Of a DNA stretch of 64,000 nt, positions 1-12,800 are shown one piece after another. The DNA is from Raja brachyura (lineage: Eukaryota). The stretch covers positions 22,568,001-22,632,000 of the forward strand of contig OY740820.1 in NCBI GenBank assembly GCA_963514005.1, written 5' to 3'. Positions within the stretch are counted from its first letter, which is position 1. The number at the start of each line of letters is the position of its first letter. The position numbers and the translations under genes are program-made. A model generated the notes under the pieces. That model did no database searches and had not been told where the DNA came from. It was given only the letters and a program-made list of their open reading frames with translations.

Positions 1-270
1 GTCCAGGTCCCTTGCAACCTCGTAACATCCTCTTCACAGTTCACACTGCCACCCAGCTTTGTGTCATCCACAAACTTGCTAGTGTTGCTCCTAATTCCCT
101 CTTCCAAATCATTAATATATACGGTAAACAGTTGCGGCCCCAACACCGAGCCTTGCGGCACTCCACTCGCCACTGCCTGCCATTCTGAAAAGGACTTGTT
201 CACTCCTACTCTTTGCTTCCGGTCTGCCAACCAATTTTCTATCCATGTCAACACCCTACCCCCAATACCC
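1..270 (-). mobile_element. CR1-type LINE reverse transcriptase fragment
   Basis: The minus strand encodes GVPQGSVLGPQLFT.YINDLEEGI...SKFVDDTKLGG, the CR1/L2 RT core. Confidence 0.8.
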
Positions 271-696
271 ACTGATTGTCGCCGGAAGCTTGCGTCCTTT
301 TCAGGATGGATGATGACAGCGAGGTCAATGTCTGTAACAAGATGGACACAGAAAGAAGAAGAAGATGGGAGGGGGGAGAAGAGGGAATGATCAGGATGAG
401 ACACGTCCTTGATTTTGCTGCTGGCCTTGTCGAGGCAGTGTGGTGTTGATAGAGGCAATGGACGGAAGGTTGGTTTGTTATTTCCTAATGCCTGTAGAGG
501 GACAGTGGATAAAAGCCTCACCACTCACCTTCCAGACCAGAATAGGGTGATTTAAAAACATATTTTCTTTAATCTTTCCTTTGAGCGGCACAGTGGCGCG
601 GCGGTAGATTTGCTGGTTTGCAGACTCTTACAAAAAAATTACTAAACTGAACTAAAAAAAACTTTTAAAAATGTATTAATTCACAAGAGGTGAATT

Positions 697-953
697 TTAG
701 TTTAGAGATACAGCCTACACACACACACACACCAGGGACAATTTTACATTTATACCAAGCCAATTAACCTACAAAACCTGTACATCTTTGGAGTGTGGGA
801 GGAAACCGAAGATCTCTGACAAAACTAACGCAGGTCATGGGGAGAACGTACAAACTCCATACAGACAGCACCCGTAGTCGGGATCGAACCCAGGTCTCTA
901 GCGCAGTAAGAGCTGTGAGGCAGCAACACTACCGCTGTGCCACCATGCTGCCC
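697..953 (-). mobile_element. tRNA-derived SINE (same family)
   Basis: Reverse complement of head (ggatcgaaccc box B), core and tttagtttagagata tail. Confidence 0.85.
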
Positions 954-1728
954 AAAAGGTGAATGTCACTGGCAAGACCAGTCTTCAGTGTCCATCCCCA
1001 ATTACTCCCTGAAATGAACGTCTTGTTGGGTCAATTCTGAGGGTCAATCACATTGATGGGTCAGCACATAATAGACCAGACTGGGAAAGAATCACATGCC
1101 CTGTGAACAATGTGTTGGTGACGATAACACTTTATAAAGAGGAGAACATTTACCTCCACCACACATTTTGTGTCCTTATAACATGGCAAGGTTGTGGGAG
1201 TCAATTCAAGGCCATCAGGTCATAAGTGATAGAAGCAGAAATGGCCATTTGGCCCATCAAGTCAACACTGCCATTCAATCATTACTGATCTATCTCTCCT
1301 TCCTAATCCCATCCTCCTTCCTTCTCCTCATAACCCCTGACACCCATACTAATCAAGCCTTAAAAATATCCACTGGCTTGAATCCATTGAAACATCCATG
1401 GAATTTTCAAACTACATTTCTGCTTTCCCTTTTATCTTTCTCTCTTCATCCATGCCTCTTTTTATGGACACACGGCAAACGTATTCCCCATTGAAAACTA
1501 ATGTGACCTGCAGCTGCGTTTGGTGAAATGGCTCCATCTCTTGGTATCTCCCTCACCCTCTCCATCTGTCATCTATCCATTTCCACCTCCCTCCTTTTCT
1601 TGGCACCTTTGTCTCTTTCTATCCCTCCCTGGGGCCCCTCTTGTCTTCCTCTCTCTCTCCCTCCTCAACACATCCGCAATTCCTTCCGACACAAGTAATG
1701 GAGTATTCTCCATTTGCCTGGATAAGAG

Positions 1729-1935
1729 TTTAGTTTAGTTCAGAGATACAGCGCAGAAACGGGCCCTTCGGCCCACCGAATCCCCACCGACCAGCAATCG
1801 CCGCACATTAACACTATCCTACACACACTAGGGACAATTTACATTTATACCAAGCCAATTAACCTACAAACCTGTGCGTCTTTGGAGTGTGGGAGGAAAC
1901 CGGAGCACCCGGAGAAAACCCACGCAGGTCACGGA
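1729..1935 (-). mobile_element. tRNA-derived SINE lacking its 5' head
   Basis: Tail tttagtttagttcagagatacagc and core ...gaaaacccacgcaggtcacgg; ends inside the 109-bp duplicated segment. Confidence 0.8.
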
Positions 1936-2019
1936 GTGTGCTCAGCAACGCCACCAGTGGCGGAGCGAGGAAACGCAGGACAGCGCCTCTTGTGGTAGGT
2001 TGCGGAGCAAAGTGAGTTT

Positions 2020-2892
2020 GGCAGTGAAGAAAGCGAATGGTATGTTAGCATTCATAGCAAAAGGATTTGAGTATAGGAGCAGGGAGGTTCTCCTGCAGTT
2101 GTACAGGGTTTGGGTGAGACCACACCTGGAGTATTGCGTACAGTTTTGGTCTCCAAATCTGAGGAAAGACATTCTTGCCATAGAGGGGGTACAGAGAAGG
2201 TTCACCAGACTGATTCCTGGGATGTCAGGACTTTCATATGAAGAACGACTGGATAGACTCGGCTTGTACTCGCTAGAATTTAGAAGATTGAAGGGGTATC
2301 TTATAGAAACTTACAAAATTCTTAAGGGTACACAAAAGGCTGGAGAAACTCAGCGGGTGCAGCAGCATCTAAGGAGCGAAGGAGATAGGCAACGTTTCAG
2401 GCCGAAACCCTTCTTCAGGGCAGAAGCCCTTCTCGCTCCTTAGATGCTGCTGCACCTGCTGAGTTTCTCCAGCCTTTTGTGTACCCAGGATTTTCCAGCA
2501 TCTGCAGTTCCTTCTTTAACAAAATTCTTAAGGGGTTGGACAGGCTAGATGCAGGAAGATTGTTCCCGATGTTGGGGAAGTCCAGAACAAGGAGTCACAG
2601 AGTAAGGATAAGGGGGAAGTCTTTTAGGACCGAGATGAGAAAATCATTCTTTACACAGAGAGTGGTGAGTCTCTGGAATTCTCTGCCACAGAAGGTAGTT
2701 GAGGCCAGTTCATTGGCTATATTTAAGAGGGAGTTAGATATGGCCCTTGTGGCTAAAGGGATCAGGGGGTATGGAGAGAAGGCAGGTACAGGATACTGAG
2801 TTGGATGATCAGCCACGATCATATTGAATGGCGGTGCAGGCTCGAAGGGCCGAATGGCCTACTCCTGCACCTAATCTCTATGTTTCTATGTT
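2020..2892 (+). mobile_element. 5'-truncated CR1-type LINE (ORF2 C-terminus and 3' UTR) with a nested hairpin element
   Basis: AVKKANGMLAFIAKGFEYRSREVLLQLYRVWVRPHLEYCVQFWSP...FFTQRVVSLWNSLPQKVVEA...GYGEKAGTGY*; tail ctatgtttctatgtt. Confidence 0.92.
2329..2518. mobile_element. Palindromic Penelope-derived mini-element with 16-bp TSD
   Basis: 54-bp inverted arms at 2326-2379 and 2433-2486 (1 mismatch). TSD acaaaattcttaaggg at 2313-2328 and 2519-2534. Arm sequence matches the terminal region of the PLE at about 58975-59030. Confidence 0.85.
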
Positions 2893-3117
2893 AAACCCAC
2901 GCAGGTCACGGAGTGAACTCAGCAACGCCACCAGTGGCGGAGCGAGGAAACGCAGGGCAGCGCCTCTTGTGGGAGGTTGTGGAGCAAAGTGAGTTCGGCA
3001 GCGCCGCCGGCGGCGGGAGTGCGGAAACGCAGCGCCACCTGTGACCGAGCGCGGAGGGTGCTCAGCAGCACTACTGGTGGCCTAGCGAGGAAACGCAGGG
3101 CAGCGCCTACTGTGGCT

Positions 3118-3252
3118 GAGTGCGGAGTGAGCCCGGCAGCGCCTCCTGTGGTAGAGTGCGGAGTGAGCCCGGCAGCGCCTCCTGTGGTAGAGTGCGGAGT
3201 GAGCCCGGCAGCGCCTCCTGTGGTAGAGTGCGGAGTGAGCCCGGCAGCGCCC
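3118..3252. repeat. 36-bp tandem repeat (about 3.7 copies)
   Basis: Unit gagtgcggagtgagcccggcagcgcctcctgtggta at 3118, 3154 and 3190, partial at 3226. Confidence 0.95.
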
Positions 3253-3416
3253 CCGGCGGCGGGGAGGGGAGCACTGCGTCACCGCGGCCCACAGCGGGGC
3301 GGGGCGGGACGGCGGGCGGTGCGTGCGGAGCGGAGCGGGCGGCAGTCGCGCGGACACACCGAGTCGTGAGCAGCGGCGGCCCCAGCTCCGTCCCCTCCCC
3401 CGTCCCCCCCAGCACC

Positions 3417-3513
3417 ATGGCAACGGCTCGCGGCCCTGCTCGCCTCGGCGCCGCCGTCGTGTGCGCGCTCCTCGCGCTCTCGCTCCGGCCGGAGCCCGTC
3501 CGCGGACAGAGCG
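3417..3513 (+). CDS. NPTN: Neuroplastin coding exon 1 (signal peptide)
   Basis: Kozak-type gcaccATGG in a CpG island. Encodes MATARGPARLGAAVVCALLALSLRPEPVRGQS plus 1 nt, with a hydrophobic signal peptide. Donor G|gtgagt at 3514, phase 1, joins in frame to exon 2 (G+CT=Ala, AGFVKSP) or exon 3. Confidence 0.9.
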
Positions 3514-3581
3514 GTGAGTGGGTGAGTCCGGGCCCGGGGCCTGGACACCGGCCTGGGCCGAGGCAGAGGCCGAGCCCGGCA

Positions 3582-4220
3582 TGGGGGGGGGGGGGGGAGA
3601 GACGGGGGTAGAGGAGGTAAATTGGGAGGGGGGGAGAGAGGGAGGGATGGGGGGAGAGGGTAAATTGAGGATGGGGAGAGAAAAGGAGGATAGAGGGGGG
3701 AGAGACATGGGGGGGGATGAAGGGGGGGAGGGGAGGCAGGGAGGGATAGGGCGAGTGGGGGGAGGGGTAGAGATGGGGGGGAGAGACATGGGGGGATGAA
3801 GGGGGGAGGGGAGGCAGGGAGGGATAGGGCGAGTGGGGGGAGGAGAGGGGGAGAGACATGGGGGGATGAAGGGGGGAGGGGAGGCAGGGAGGGATAGGGC
3901 GAGTGGGGGGAGGAGAGGGGTAGAGATGGGGGGGAGAGAATAGGAAACTGGTTGGAGGATTTGCTGGGGGGGAGAAGGTTGGAAGACCCGGTGGGGGTCG
4001 GGGGAAGGACAAAGGTGAGGGGAATGGGCTAGAAGAGGGGGGGGGGGTCAAGAAGGCTGTGGGGAGGGGGAGGGGGGGGTTGAACAACCAGGGTGGGAAG
4101 AGGAAGGGGGCTGCAGGACATGGGGATGTGGGCTGGAGGACCAGGAGAGGTGTGGAAATGGGGATGGAGGACCAGGGACGGTGGGGAGTGCAATGGGGGA
4201 AGAGAGGGGGTGCTGGGGGA
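3582..4220. repeat. G/A-rich low-complexity tract with about three ~60-70-bp repeats at the start of NPTN intron 1
   Basis: Runs of G. Unit gagagacatggggggatgaaggggggaggggaggcagggagggatagggcgagtgggggga recurs at about 3700, 3781 and 3851. Confidence 0.85.
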
Positions 4221-5564
4221 GCAAAAAGACAGGAGTTCAACCCAGGTGATGGAATGGGAGCCAGGGTATTATTTGTTGGGGAAGTTGTAGCGAGGGTTGG
4301 CCAAAAAAAACAGGGAGGAGTGGGTGCCGGAAGAGGGATTGGAGTGCTCGGACAGTCACGGGATAGGAGCAAAGTACTGGGGTGGGTTTGGTCTAGGGCA
4401 GTCAGATAATAACTGAGGAAACCCAGAGGGGAGGGTGTCGATGAGAGGTCTGAGAAACATGTGCATTGACGGGGTGATCCTGGAGTTGTGGATTCCAGGT
4501 GTGTGATGAGGGGCAAGGGTGGGGGAGACGAAGACTGGCACAATGTTAGATGGAGTGAGGAATTTGGGGGCTGGTTGGGTTGAGTGCATGGGGCACAGTG
4601 GCAGAATACCTGTATCCATGATAGGTGGCAGAGTGGGGTCTTGGGCCTTGCAGTGGTGGGTTATTGGAGCTAGGAAGATCCAATATCTAGGAAGGAAAGA
4701 TTGCCCTTGTCCTAGTGAATGATAACCTTGGTTTTGCACAAATATCCAAGGATGGGGTGGAGTCTTATTATATAAATGCTTTATTTTAACCAGCTATGAT
4801 GCATCACCTAATACATGTCTTTTTTTTTAATATTTTATAACTGTCAACACAAACAAATGCAAACTCAATGCACTGAAATTCCATCTCTCCCCTTGCCCTG
4901 CAACCTATTTAATGTTTTCAATGTTTTCCCACCTTTCAATTAAATACAGGCCAAATGCCTGCAAAGGGTCAAAATGCAGTAGCATTTTCTAATTGGAACA
5001 ATTGTGATCTTGCATTAAAATTAGACTGAGGGCTGTTTTGCAGTAATGATCCATTTGGAAACGGTGAACAGTACTGCAGTGCAGTGATGTTATTAATTTC
5101 CTTGTCATATTCCACTTTGCAATCTAGGCCAGATCATGCAGGAAAGGTAAAATATTGAAAGGCAATAACTTGAACTAGAAATTAAACATTTCTAGGTTAT
5201 CAGTAGGCGGCTTTTCTGTGGTTTGAGGCAGTAGCAAATGCATTTGAAATCATCTTGTTGAACTATAATAAACTGGTTGCAGAGGATTCATTATTCTATT
5301 TTCATATTTTGTTCATTACTCATTATTAATAATTTTTATTTTGTCAACAGTAATTTGAAATTGATGAAATTCTATATCTGGACTCTAATGTCTGAGCCAT
5401 TGTTTTTCATACACATTTTATTTTTGTCCTGTCAGAATTATCCTCTCAGGAGTCGTGTTGGATAATTCGATGCACTCCAGCGATTATTGTGAGGAAATAT
5501 TGCAAGCATTACAATGTCAGTGTGGTCCCAGAAATATAATCCACAAACTCTGTTGAAAATCCAT

Positions 5565-5990
5565 CTAGAACGTGGAAACAGGCACTTCAGCCCAACCTGC
5601 CCACGCCTGTGTTTACCCATATCCCTCTAATCCTATTCATGTACCTGTCCAAATGTTTTTTTAAAAAGCTGTGATAGAACCTGCCTCGACTACCTCCTCC
5701 GCATATACCTGCCACCATTCATGTGAAAAAAACCTTGCCCCTCAGGTTCCTATTAAATGTTCCCCCCCTCTCCTTAAACCTATGTGCTCTGGTTCATGAT
5801 CCCCTACTCTGAGTAAAATACTCTTTGCATTTACCCTATATATTCTTTTCATTATCTTTTACACCTCTGTAGAATAACCACCCCTCATCTTCCTCCATTC
5901 CAATGAATAAACCCCTAGTCTGCTCAATCTCTCCCTACAGCTCAGGGCCTCTAGTCTTGCAACATCCTTGTAAATCCTCTCTGCACCCTT
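5565..5990 (-). mobile_element. Degenerate CR1-type LINE 3' fragment
   Basis: Similar to the CR1 3' fragment at 63120-63570 (gtacctgtccaaatg...cctgcctc.actacctcctc...caatctctccctacagctcagg). Boundaries approximate. Confidence 0.7.
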
Positions 5991-6087
5991 TAATTAAACT
6001 TGAATTTGGTGCTCAGTGCTTACAAAATAGGCCTGGTTGTGAATGCAGATGTTCTATTTTCGTATTTTGTTCCTGATTCATTAGTAA

Positions 6088-6375
6088 TCATAAATACGGG
6101 GTGAAAGGTGACGCCCAAAGAGCCGTACCTTTTTCTGGTCGCCGCTGGATTTTCAACATTTTGAAAATTGTTGGCCACCTGCTGCGACTATGACAGATGC
6201 CGGCAAGTCACCGAAAAAAACGCGTGAGTGGGACAGGCCCTTAATGATCTTCTGGTAACAAGTCTTTGATATTTGTTCCCTGTGTTATAATGCCAAATGT
6301 GTCCTCCAAGGTAAGTATTTCATTGAAATGATTGGTCGCATCCAAAAAGCCCACACCTTTCACCCGTATTTATGA
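6088..6375. mobile_element. Small inverted-repeat-bounded element (MITE-like) with a nested DNA transposon end
   Basis: tcataaatacggggtgaaaggtg (6088-6110) versus cacctttcacccgtatttatga (6354-6375), perfect except one indel. Internal ...gtgggacaggccc-ttaa resembles a Harbinger-type end. Confidence 0.6.
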
Positions 6376-9300
6376 ACACATTGTATTTATTCATTTAGAA
6401 TGTAGCATTTGGACTTTTAACTTAATTGAGAAAACAAAGACGACAAATGCATTTGCTGCCATTCGGTATTATTTCAAGCTGTAAAAGGAGATTAGAATAA
6501 TCTTTTGCAAATTCCTTCTTGGCATAGTGACTTGTGTTTGTCATAAGTTGTCAGGTCAATGATTGCAGGATGGTTGAGTAACTTTGCAGCCAAGGCTCAT
6601 CTGATCTTATCCGATGTCTATGGGGAATTACTAGGAATGTCCACTGACATTGGCTGCTTTCATGGCGAAGAGAAAGTTGCTTGTAGCACCCAATTTACTG
6701 AGACTTACTAACTCAGCGAAGCACAGTTGAAGGAAAGTGAACCCCTGATCACTCCTCTGTGCGTGTTCAGTCTCCACCCAAAAGGGACATAAACTGGGGC
6801 AGACCCATTGCAGAAATATTGAGATTATAACTTTATAATCAAATCCAACTGCTGCTTGAAGTTTGCATTTTTGAGTTCTGTTTGTGTGCTCACTGTCTTT
6901 ACTCTGTTTACATGGTGCTTCCACCAAAGTTTGAATTTCATCTGCGAAGAACTGGGATAATTGGTATAGAAGCTACAAGTGACTTGCATGTCAGGCTAAT
7001 TTGCCTTTCTCTCATGCCTACTTTGGAAAGTCAACAGGAAAGCTACAGCAGTTGCTTGTGGAGGATAAGGAGTCATTCATCTCAAATAGATGGAAGGGGG
7101 GTGAGGGGAGAAAAAAAGCTGGTTCCCCCCCCCATCACGTTTTCTTTTGCCAAGTGTGGCTTTAATTTGAACTAAGATGACAGATTTACTCAGGTGAACC
7201 AGGAGAAATTCTTCAGTGGCTTTCTCCTTTCCATTGTCCATTATTATTTAGAACACGGTCTTATTATTTTTGAAATTGATTTTGTGTGGTTACTGGATAA
7301 TGACCAGTTTTTTGTGTTGTGTGAATCTTCCATAATAGAACGCAGACCAATACAGCACGGGATCAGGCCCTACGGCCTACAAGATGCCAAGTTAAACTAA
7401 TCTCTTCCTGCACCCGATCCATAATCTTACCATTGACTTGGTAGCTAGTGTGTGGAAGATTGTCATTTAAATTTTATAATGTTAATGGCATTTAACTAAA
7501 CTATTTGCTAGTAAAACCCAATGTTCTCAATTCGTGGAGGAAACTGAATGTTAGTTGTCCCGTTCTGATAGTCTTTAACTTGATACATATATAGTCAGTT
7601 TCTTTCTCAATGCAGCTTCACATGCTGAGTGTTTCCTCAACTTTATGTATTTTAAAGTTGAATGTTTTCTGTAACAAGTCCATTTTAGTGTAGATCCTTT
7701 TCCTTTCAAGCTAAAATTGCTGCTGGTTTAAAGCACTATTTGTGCAGTCTAAATTATGGTGCATTTTAGCTCCCAAAATTTTCTGAAAAGGACCCTCTAA
7801 TTTAGCAGCAACCTATGATTAATTATAATTGTTGCCTGTGCTGTTGGGAGTGCAGACTTGCTTCACAACCAACAACCCTGTCTGCGATGTAGAAAAGTAC
7901 AATGTCTTGTGAGATTTTGTAAATTTTGTTTTGATTCCAGCCCATTTAATCTCAGTAATGAAAGCCAGAAATGTTTTCTGCAAAGCTACAAAATTAAATG
8001 TGTGTGCATGTATTTGCATGCACATACTGAAGCGTGCAATATGGGACTTATTTGATGTAGTGAAAATTCATCTTTATTTCAATGTGCTGGTTAGAGTCAG
8101 ATTTATTTGTATATGTAGTCTGATACAGTGTTTCGGTGTTCAAATCATATTCAAAATGCTACAAATTGAGCACCATGTAAACACAGTAAGTGACACATTC
8201 ACTGGACGGTCTGTGATTACATAGTAAAATGTTACATCAATGCAATAATACATTCACATTACTTTTCAGAGGTGATTAGAATGAATCAATTAAGAATGTT
8301 ATTTGTCAGAATTAATGTGCTCACCATGAATATTTTGCTTTAAATGTTAATATCTCATAAATATGTGGTTTAACATTTGACTAATGCAAGTTGCTTTTTG
8401 TGGTGACTATTCTTTGAGAATTACCAACCAGGTACAGTATTAACAGTGTCAAACTTGATTCATTTTAAAATTATTGCAGTATTTTAATTTATTCCCCAAT
8501 AGCTGTAGCATTTGTGTACTGTAATTGTGTCTAGTTATTTTTCTTTGTTTATAGCTGCCTTAATAAATGTTTTACTTTTGCAAAATGCAGCTGTTTTGTT
8601 TAACAAGAGCACGGTCATGTTGATAGGTAGTATATGTAGGAGTCCTCTTGAATACTGCAGCATTCATCAATTTTGGCCAGATAGTAAAATTAACTAACTA
8701 AATGTTTCCATTCGTGTGTATACACATATGAATGTTCTTCGGTATGTTTGTATGTGTGGGTACTCCATTGAGATTTTAAAAAGTACCGAGGATCTTAAAC
8801 AGCATTAAATTGTTAGGCATTATAGCACTTAGAAGTTCTTGTATTTTGCACTTTTGTTCAAGAGCAGGTTTTCCCTGAAGTCAACTTGTATAAGGGCCGC
8901 TGCAGAATAATTGTGCAGCATGTATTGGCATTGTTAGAATATCTGCTGTCGACCTGTTTCTGTGCCATTCCTTTTTGAACTGCATTAATCTGCAGCATTA
9001 AGGTGATGGTCTGGTTGGATCTAATGTGGACTGTGCAAATGTGTAAGTTGAATTCTTGAGCATAGGAGTGATAGGTTAGTGGTCTTGCTTTTTCAGCTTC
9101 CTATTATACATTCTATGTGCTGTCAGCATAGAGAACAAGCTTAATGTTAACATGTTTTTCTTTTACCCTCCTTAGTTATAACAAAAAATACTGAGTATTA
9201 TAGTGAAGTGGGGTATCTCATAGCCTAGTCTGGCGAAATTAAAATGCAAGTTCCCCATAGAATGAAGGCAGCAGAGCATCTGTGAATCCAGTTCCTCAAG

Positions 9301-9471
9301 AATGAAGCTAAGGATTGACATATAAAGTGGAAGAACTGAGGAAAAGATGGAGTAGTTGAAATCATTATCCAAACAGGTGTAAAAATAGAAATAAAGTGAT
9401 GGGAAAATGATTCAGTTCAAGGACAAAAAATGGAAGAAGAGCACAAATCTTTATAGTAACAATGACCTTTT

Positions 9472-9870
9472 TATTTCATATTTCGCTTGGGCAGCTTACA
9501 CCCCAGCGGTATGAATATTGACTTCTCTAACTTCAAGTAACCCTGTCCATCCCTCCCCCTACCCAGTTCTCCAGCCAGTGTCACTATTGTCAATTACATT
9601 TTATCTCCGTTTGCTTTGTTGTCAACCTCTTCTAGCTAACAATGATCGATTCTACAATTTCCTTGATTCGCATCTCTTTTGATGTCTAATTTTCACACCT
9701 TACACATCCTTATCTCTGAGTCTCCCTCTCCCATGACTCTCAGTCAGAAGAAGGGTCTCGACCTGAAACATCACCCATTCCTTCTATCCAGAGAAGCTGC
9801 CTGTCTCGCTGAGTTACTCCAGCATTTTGTGTCTATCTTCAGTGTAAACCAGCATCAGTTCCTTCCTACA
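9472..9870 (+). mobile_element. Penelope-like element 3' fragment
   Basis: Encodes FIFRLGSLHPSGMNIDFSNFK*, the same C-terminus as the PLE at 58790-58850, then 3' UTR and terminal repeat. Confidence 0.8.
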
Positions 9871-12800
9871 ACTTTGTAATCGTTTCTATTCATGTGCTGG
9901 AGAAATTAGACCACGGAACAGTTTCTGACAAGAGAGATTGATTCAGTCATTATTATGGAAGCTGACTTTCTGCTGCGAGTTTAAAGGGCAATTAAAGTGC
10001 AAATCCACAAACAAGAAAATCCTGAGGAGGTCAAGCATGAGATACTTTTGAACGATTTGGCGATGTGCTGAATCACAGTGAATCTCTGCCTTTCCAGTTG
10101 CTACCCAATTTGCAGTATTAATATCAGTGCTTATTGTTCAGGTGTTTATTGGTTTTGGTGACATTCATTGAATAAATAGCAGTTAAAGAATAAATTCTAA
10201 TTAAAGTTAGAATGCAAGATTTATGGAAAGATAACTTCAGAATGTTGGTGTGCAAATTTGAAGATGGGTTGCATTAGGTATTGGCAGGATAGTAACGCCC
10301 ACATAAATTGCAAATTGTAATTATTCTGACGTGCAGAATGAGAGAAAAAATGAAATTCTATACTGCATTTCCAATCAAATCTGTTCTGGAATATTGCTCT
10401 GCTGTAACAAACATAAATCCTGAAAGCTGTGTTAAGGCATAAATTACATATATTTCCAATTTGCTTTAAAATTCGATGTGCTTGGCCTCTCTATTTTCAT
10501 GTGCTTAGACATTAAACATGTCAAACATGAATGATTATTTGAGGCAAGCCTGTGCTTTGTTTGAAAACATCAGAATTTTGGGGGATTTAGTTTATATTTG
10601 TATTGAATAATCATTTAAGTTTTTAATTCATCACATTTAATCAGAGTCCCCTGCAGCGTTGTAAACCACCAAAATTGTGCTCCAGGCTTTGAATGATTCG
10701 GCAGTTGCTGGTTTAGTCTGCTTCTGTCATTCATAGAAAGCAGTAAATGCCGTCATTATCATTTATACAGTCATCCCTTCAAATTAAGGCATAAATATAT
10801 AAAAAAATAATAATTCTTTCAGAAGCATTAAACTGTATTTTATGCAGGACTTCAAGAACTAAAAGTGTAGCAATAAATTCAAATGCTATAGTATATATGA
10901 TTTTGCTTTAAGCAGAATTTGAGAGAATCTTAGAGCTATTAATTGATATCAAATATATATTCTACAATATTTATTATTTAAAGTTCCGATTGAATCCGAG
11001 TTGCCTGCATTTCACAAGCCGTTGTAGATGAATTCTGATGTTCAGCGTATTTTTAGCTTTTCCAAGTGCTCTATGTAGCTGTGATCCCTTTGAGCATTTA
11101 AGTATGCAGGCCTACACAAGGGCAGTATAGAGCAGGTTAAAAACAGGTGGCTTTGCAGGCATACAAAGTGTTTTAAATATTTAATTTTTGGATAGTTTGA
11201 CCTTTATCAAATTCCCTGCACTCCTTTTGGATTTATAATGTGAAATCTGGGCCGCTCCCACTTGAATATGACGTGGGGTTGCTGTGTTATTTTAGAGATT
11301 GGATTCTAGCATCTGCCGTGACAGCTTGAGCAAAATTCTAAAAATAGAATTAATACACAAAAAACGATTTATCTTCATATGATTGGACTAATTTTGTTAA
11401 TGTGTTATAAGACGAGGTTGTCCTATAATCTGAAATTAAATTTGGCTATAAAACTCACCCAGAAGGCTGTGTAATTTTAAATTTGTAATTTGAACAAATT
11501 GAATTCTCCAGGCAGTGTTATGCCACAACCATTAAATAAGTAAAAGGGAATCTAGTTTGAAGGAAAATGCAGTGAGCTCCAGTTTCCCATGTAATATTTA
11601 CTATGTTTCTCCGTTTACCTGTCTTTGCTAACAAAGCAATTACTGGTAGATCAGAGACTGTCATTTTGGTAATGTGAAACTACAGGTTCTCACTAAGCAA
11701 GATATAGATAACCAAGTAGCAAATGAATTGTACTACAGTAGACACAAAATGCTGGAGAAACTCGGCTGGAAAGGCAGCATCTCTGGAGAGAAGGAATGGA
11801 TGATGTTTCAGGTCGAGACCCTTCTTCGGACTGCGAGTCAGGGGGTGAGAGAGACCCCCATTCTTTCTCACCATTCCTTCTCTCCAGAGATGCTGTCTGT
11901 CCCGCGGAGTTACTCCGGCACTTTGTGTCTATCTTCGGTTTAAACCAGTTCCTTTGTACACCATGGTACAGCAATGCTGCTTTGTCTCCTTTACATAGTT
12001 TCCACGCAGTTCATGGTCGTGATTGCAACCTGCTTATTTTTAAATCACTGTTTATCAAATTTGTGGGGATTATTTGCAAAATAAATGTTGTATTATTTGT
12101 ATGTATTATTTATTGCTTTTATTTATTATTTGTAAAATCTTGATTTTAATTTCACATATTACATCATTTATATATTTAATGTATCTGGCTATTTTCAGTA
12201 ATTCAGCTATGCATCAGCAAAAGCTTCAACCATTGTCAGATTAGAATCTTTGCTCTTTTCCTGGTCTTAACTAGGATGCATCTGACCAGCTCTGCATTAT
12301 TTAGTAGCCCATTTAATAGCAAGGGACCAAAATGTCAATGAGATCTCAAATCAATTTTTGTGTTTCTACTACCAGAATAAGCAAGTGCGATGCCCAGAAA
12401 TGAACACAGTACCCCTGTTGTGGCAAAATTAGTGTTTTATAAAGGCTCATCGTAACATCCTTACATGTATTATTCTACGCCTCTACCAATTTCTAGTATA
12501 TTTTTATGTACTTTTATAATTTGCCTTGCCACTTTCAATGCATATACCCCCCCCCCCCCCCCGTCACCCGATCTCTCTTCTACTTCATCTTTTAACATTC
12601 TGTCCTCTAATTTACATTGACCCATTGTCATTCTTTCACATCAAAATGTAACGCTTCGCATTTCTCAGTTAAATTTCACTTTTGGGCCAATCCACCATCC
12701 ACATCTCCTTCAAGTCTATTTTTATCTTCCCCACTGTTCCTCCAATTTTTGTTAACAAATGTTGAGTTTGTGCAATGAAAACCCAAGCCCCGATCATTAT

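Larger units (their letters stand above)
2893..3580 (+). promoter_or_regulatory. CpG-island promoter and 5' UTR of NPTN
   Basis: Very GC- and CpG-rich against an AT-rich background. GC box GGGGCGGGGC at 3296-3305 and TGCGTCA at 3275-3281. Surrounds the exon 1 ATG. Confidence 0.8.

Noticed and set aside
3118-3252. 36-bp repeats superficially CRISPR-like in length
   Set aside because: Head-to-tail tandem units without unique spacers, no cas genes, vertebrate context.
3522-3527. Second gtgagt donor 8 nt downstream of the exon 1 donor
   Set aside because: Its use would shift the frame; the 3514 donor fits the protein homology.
3082-4543. Long Pro-rich minus-strand ORFs (478 aa, 235 aa)
   Set aside because: Artefacts of the G-rich low-complexity tract and CpG island; antisense to NPTN exon 1.
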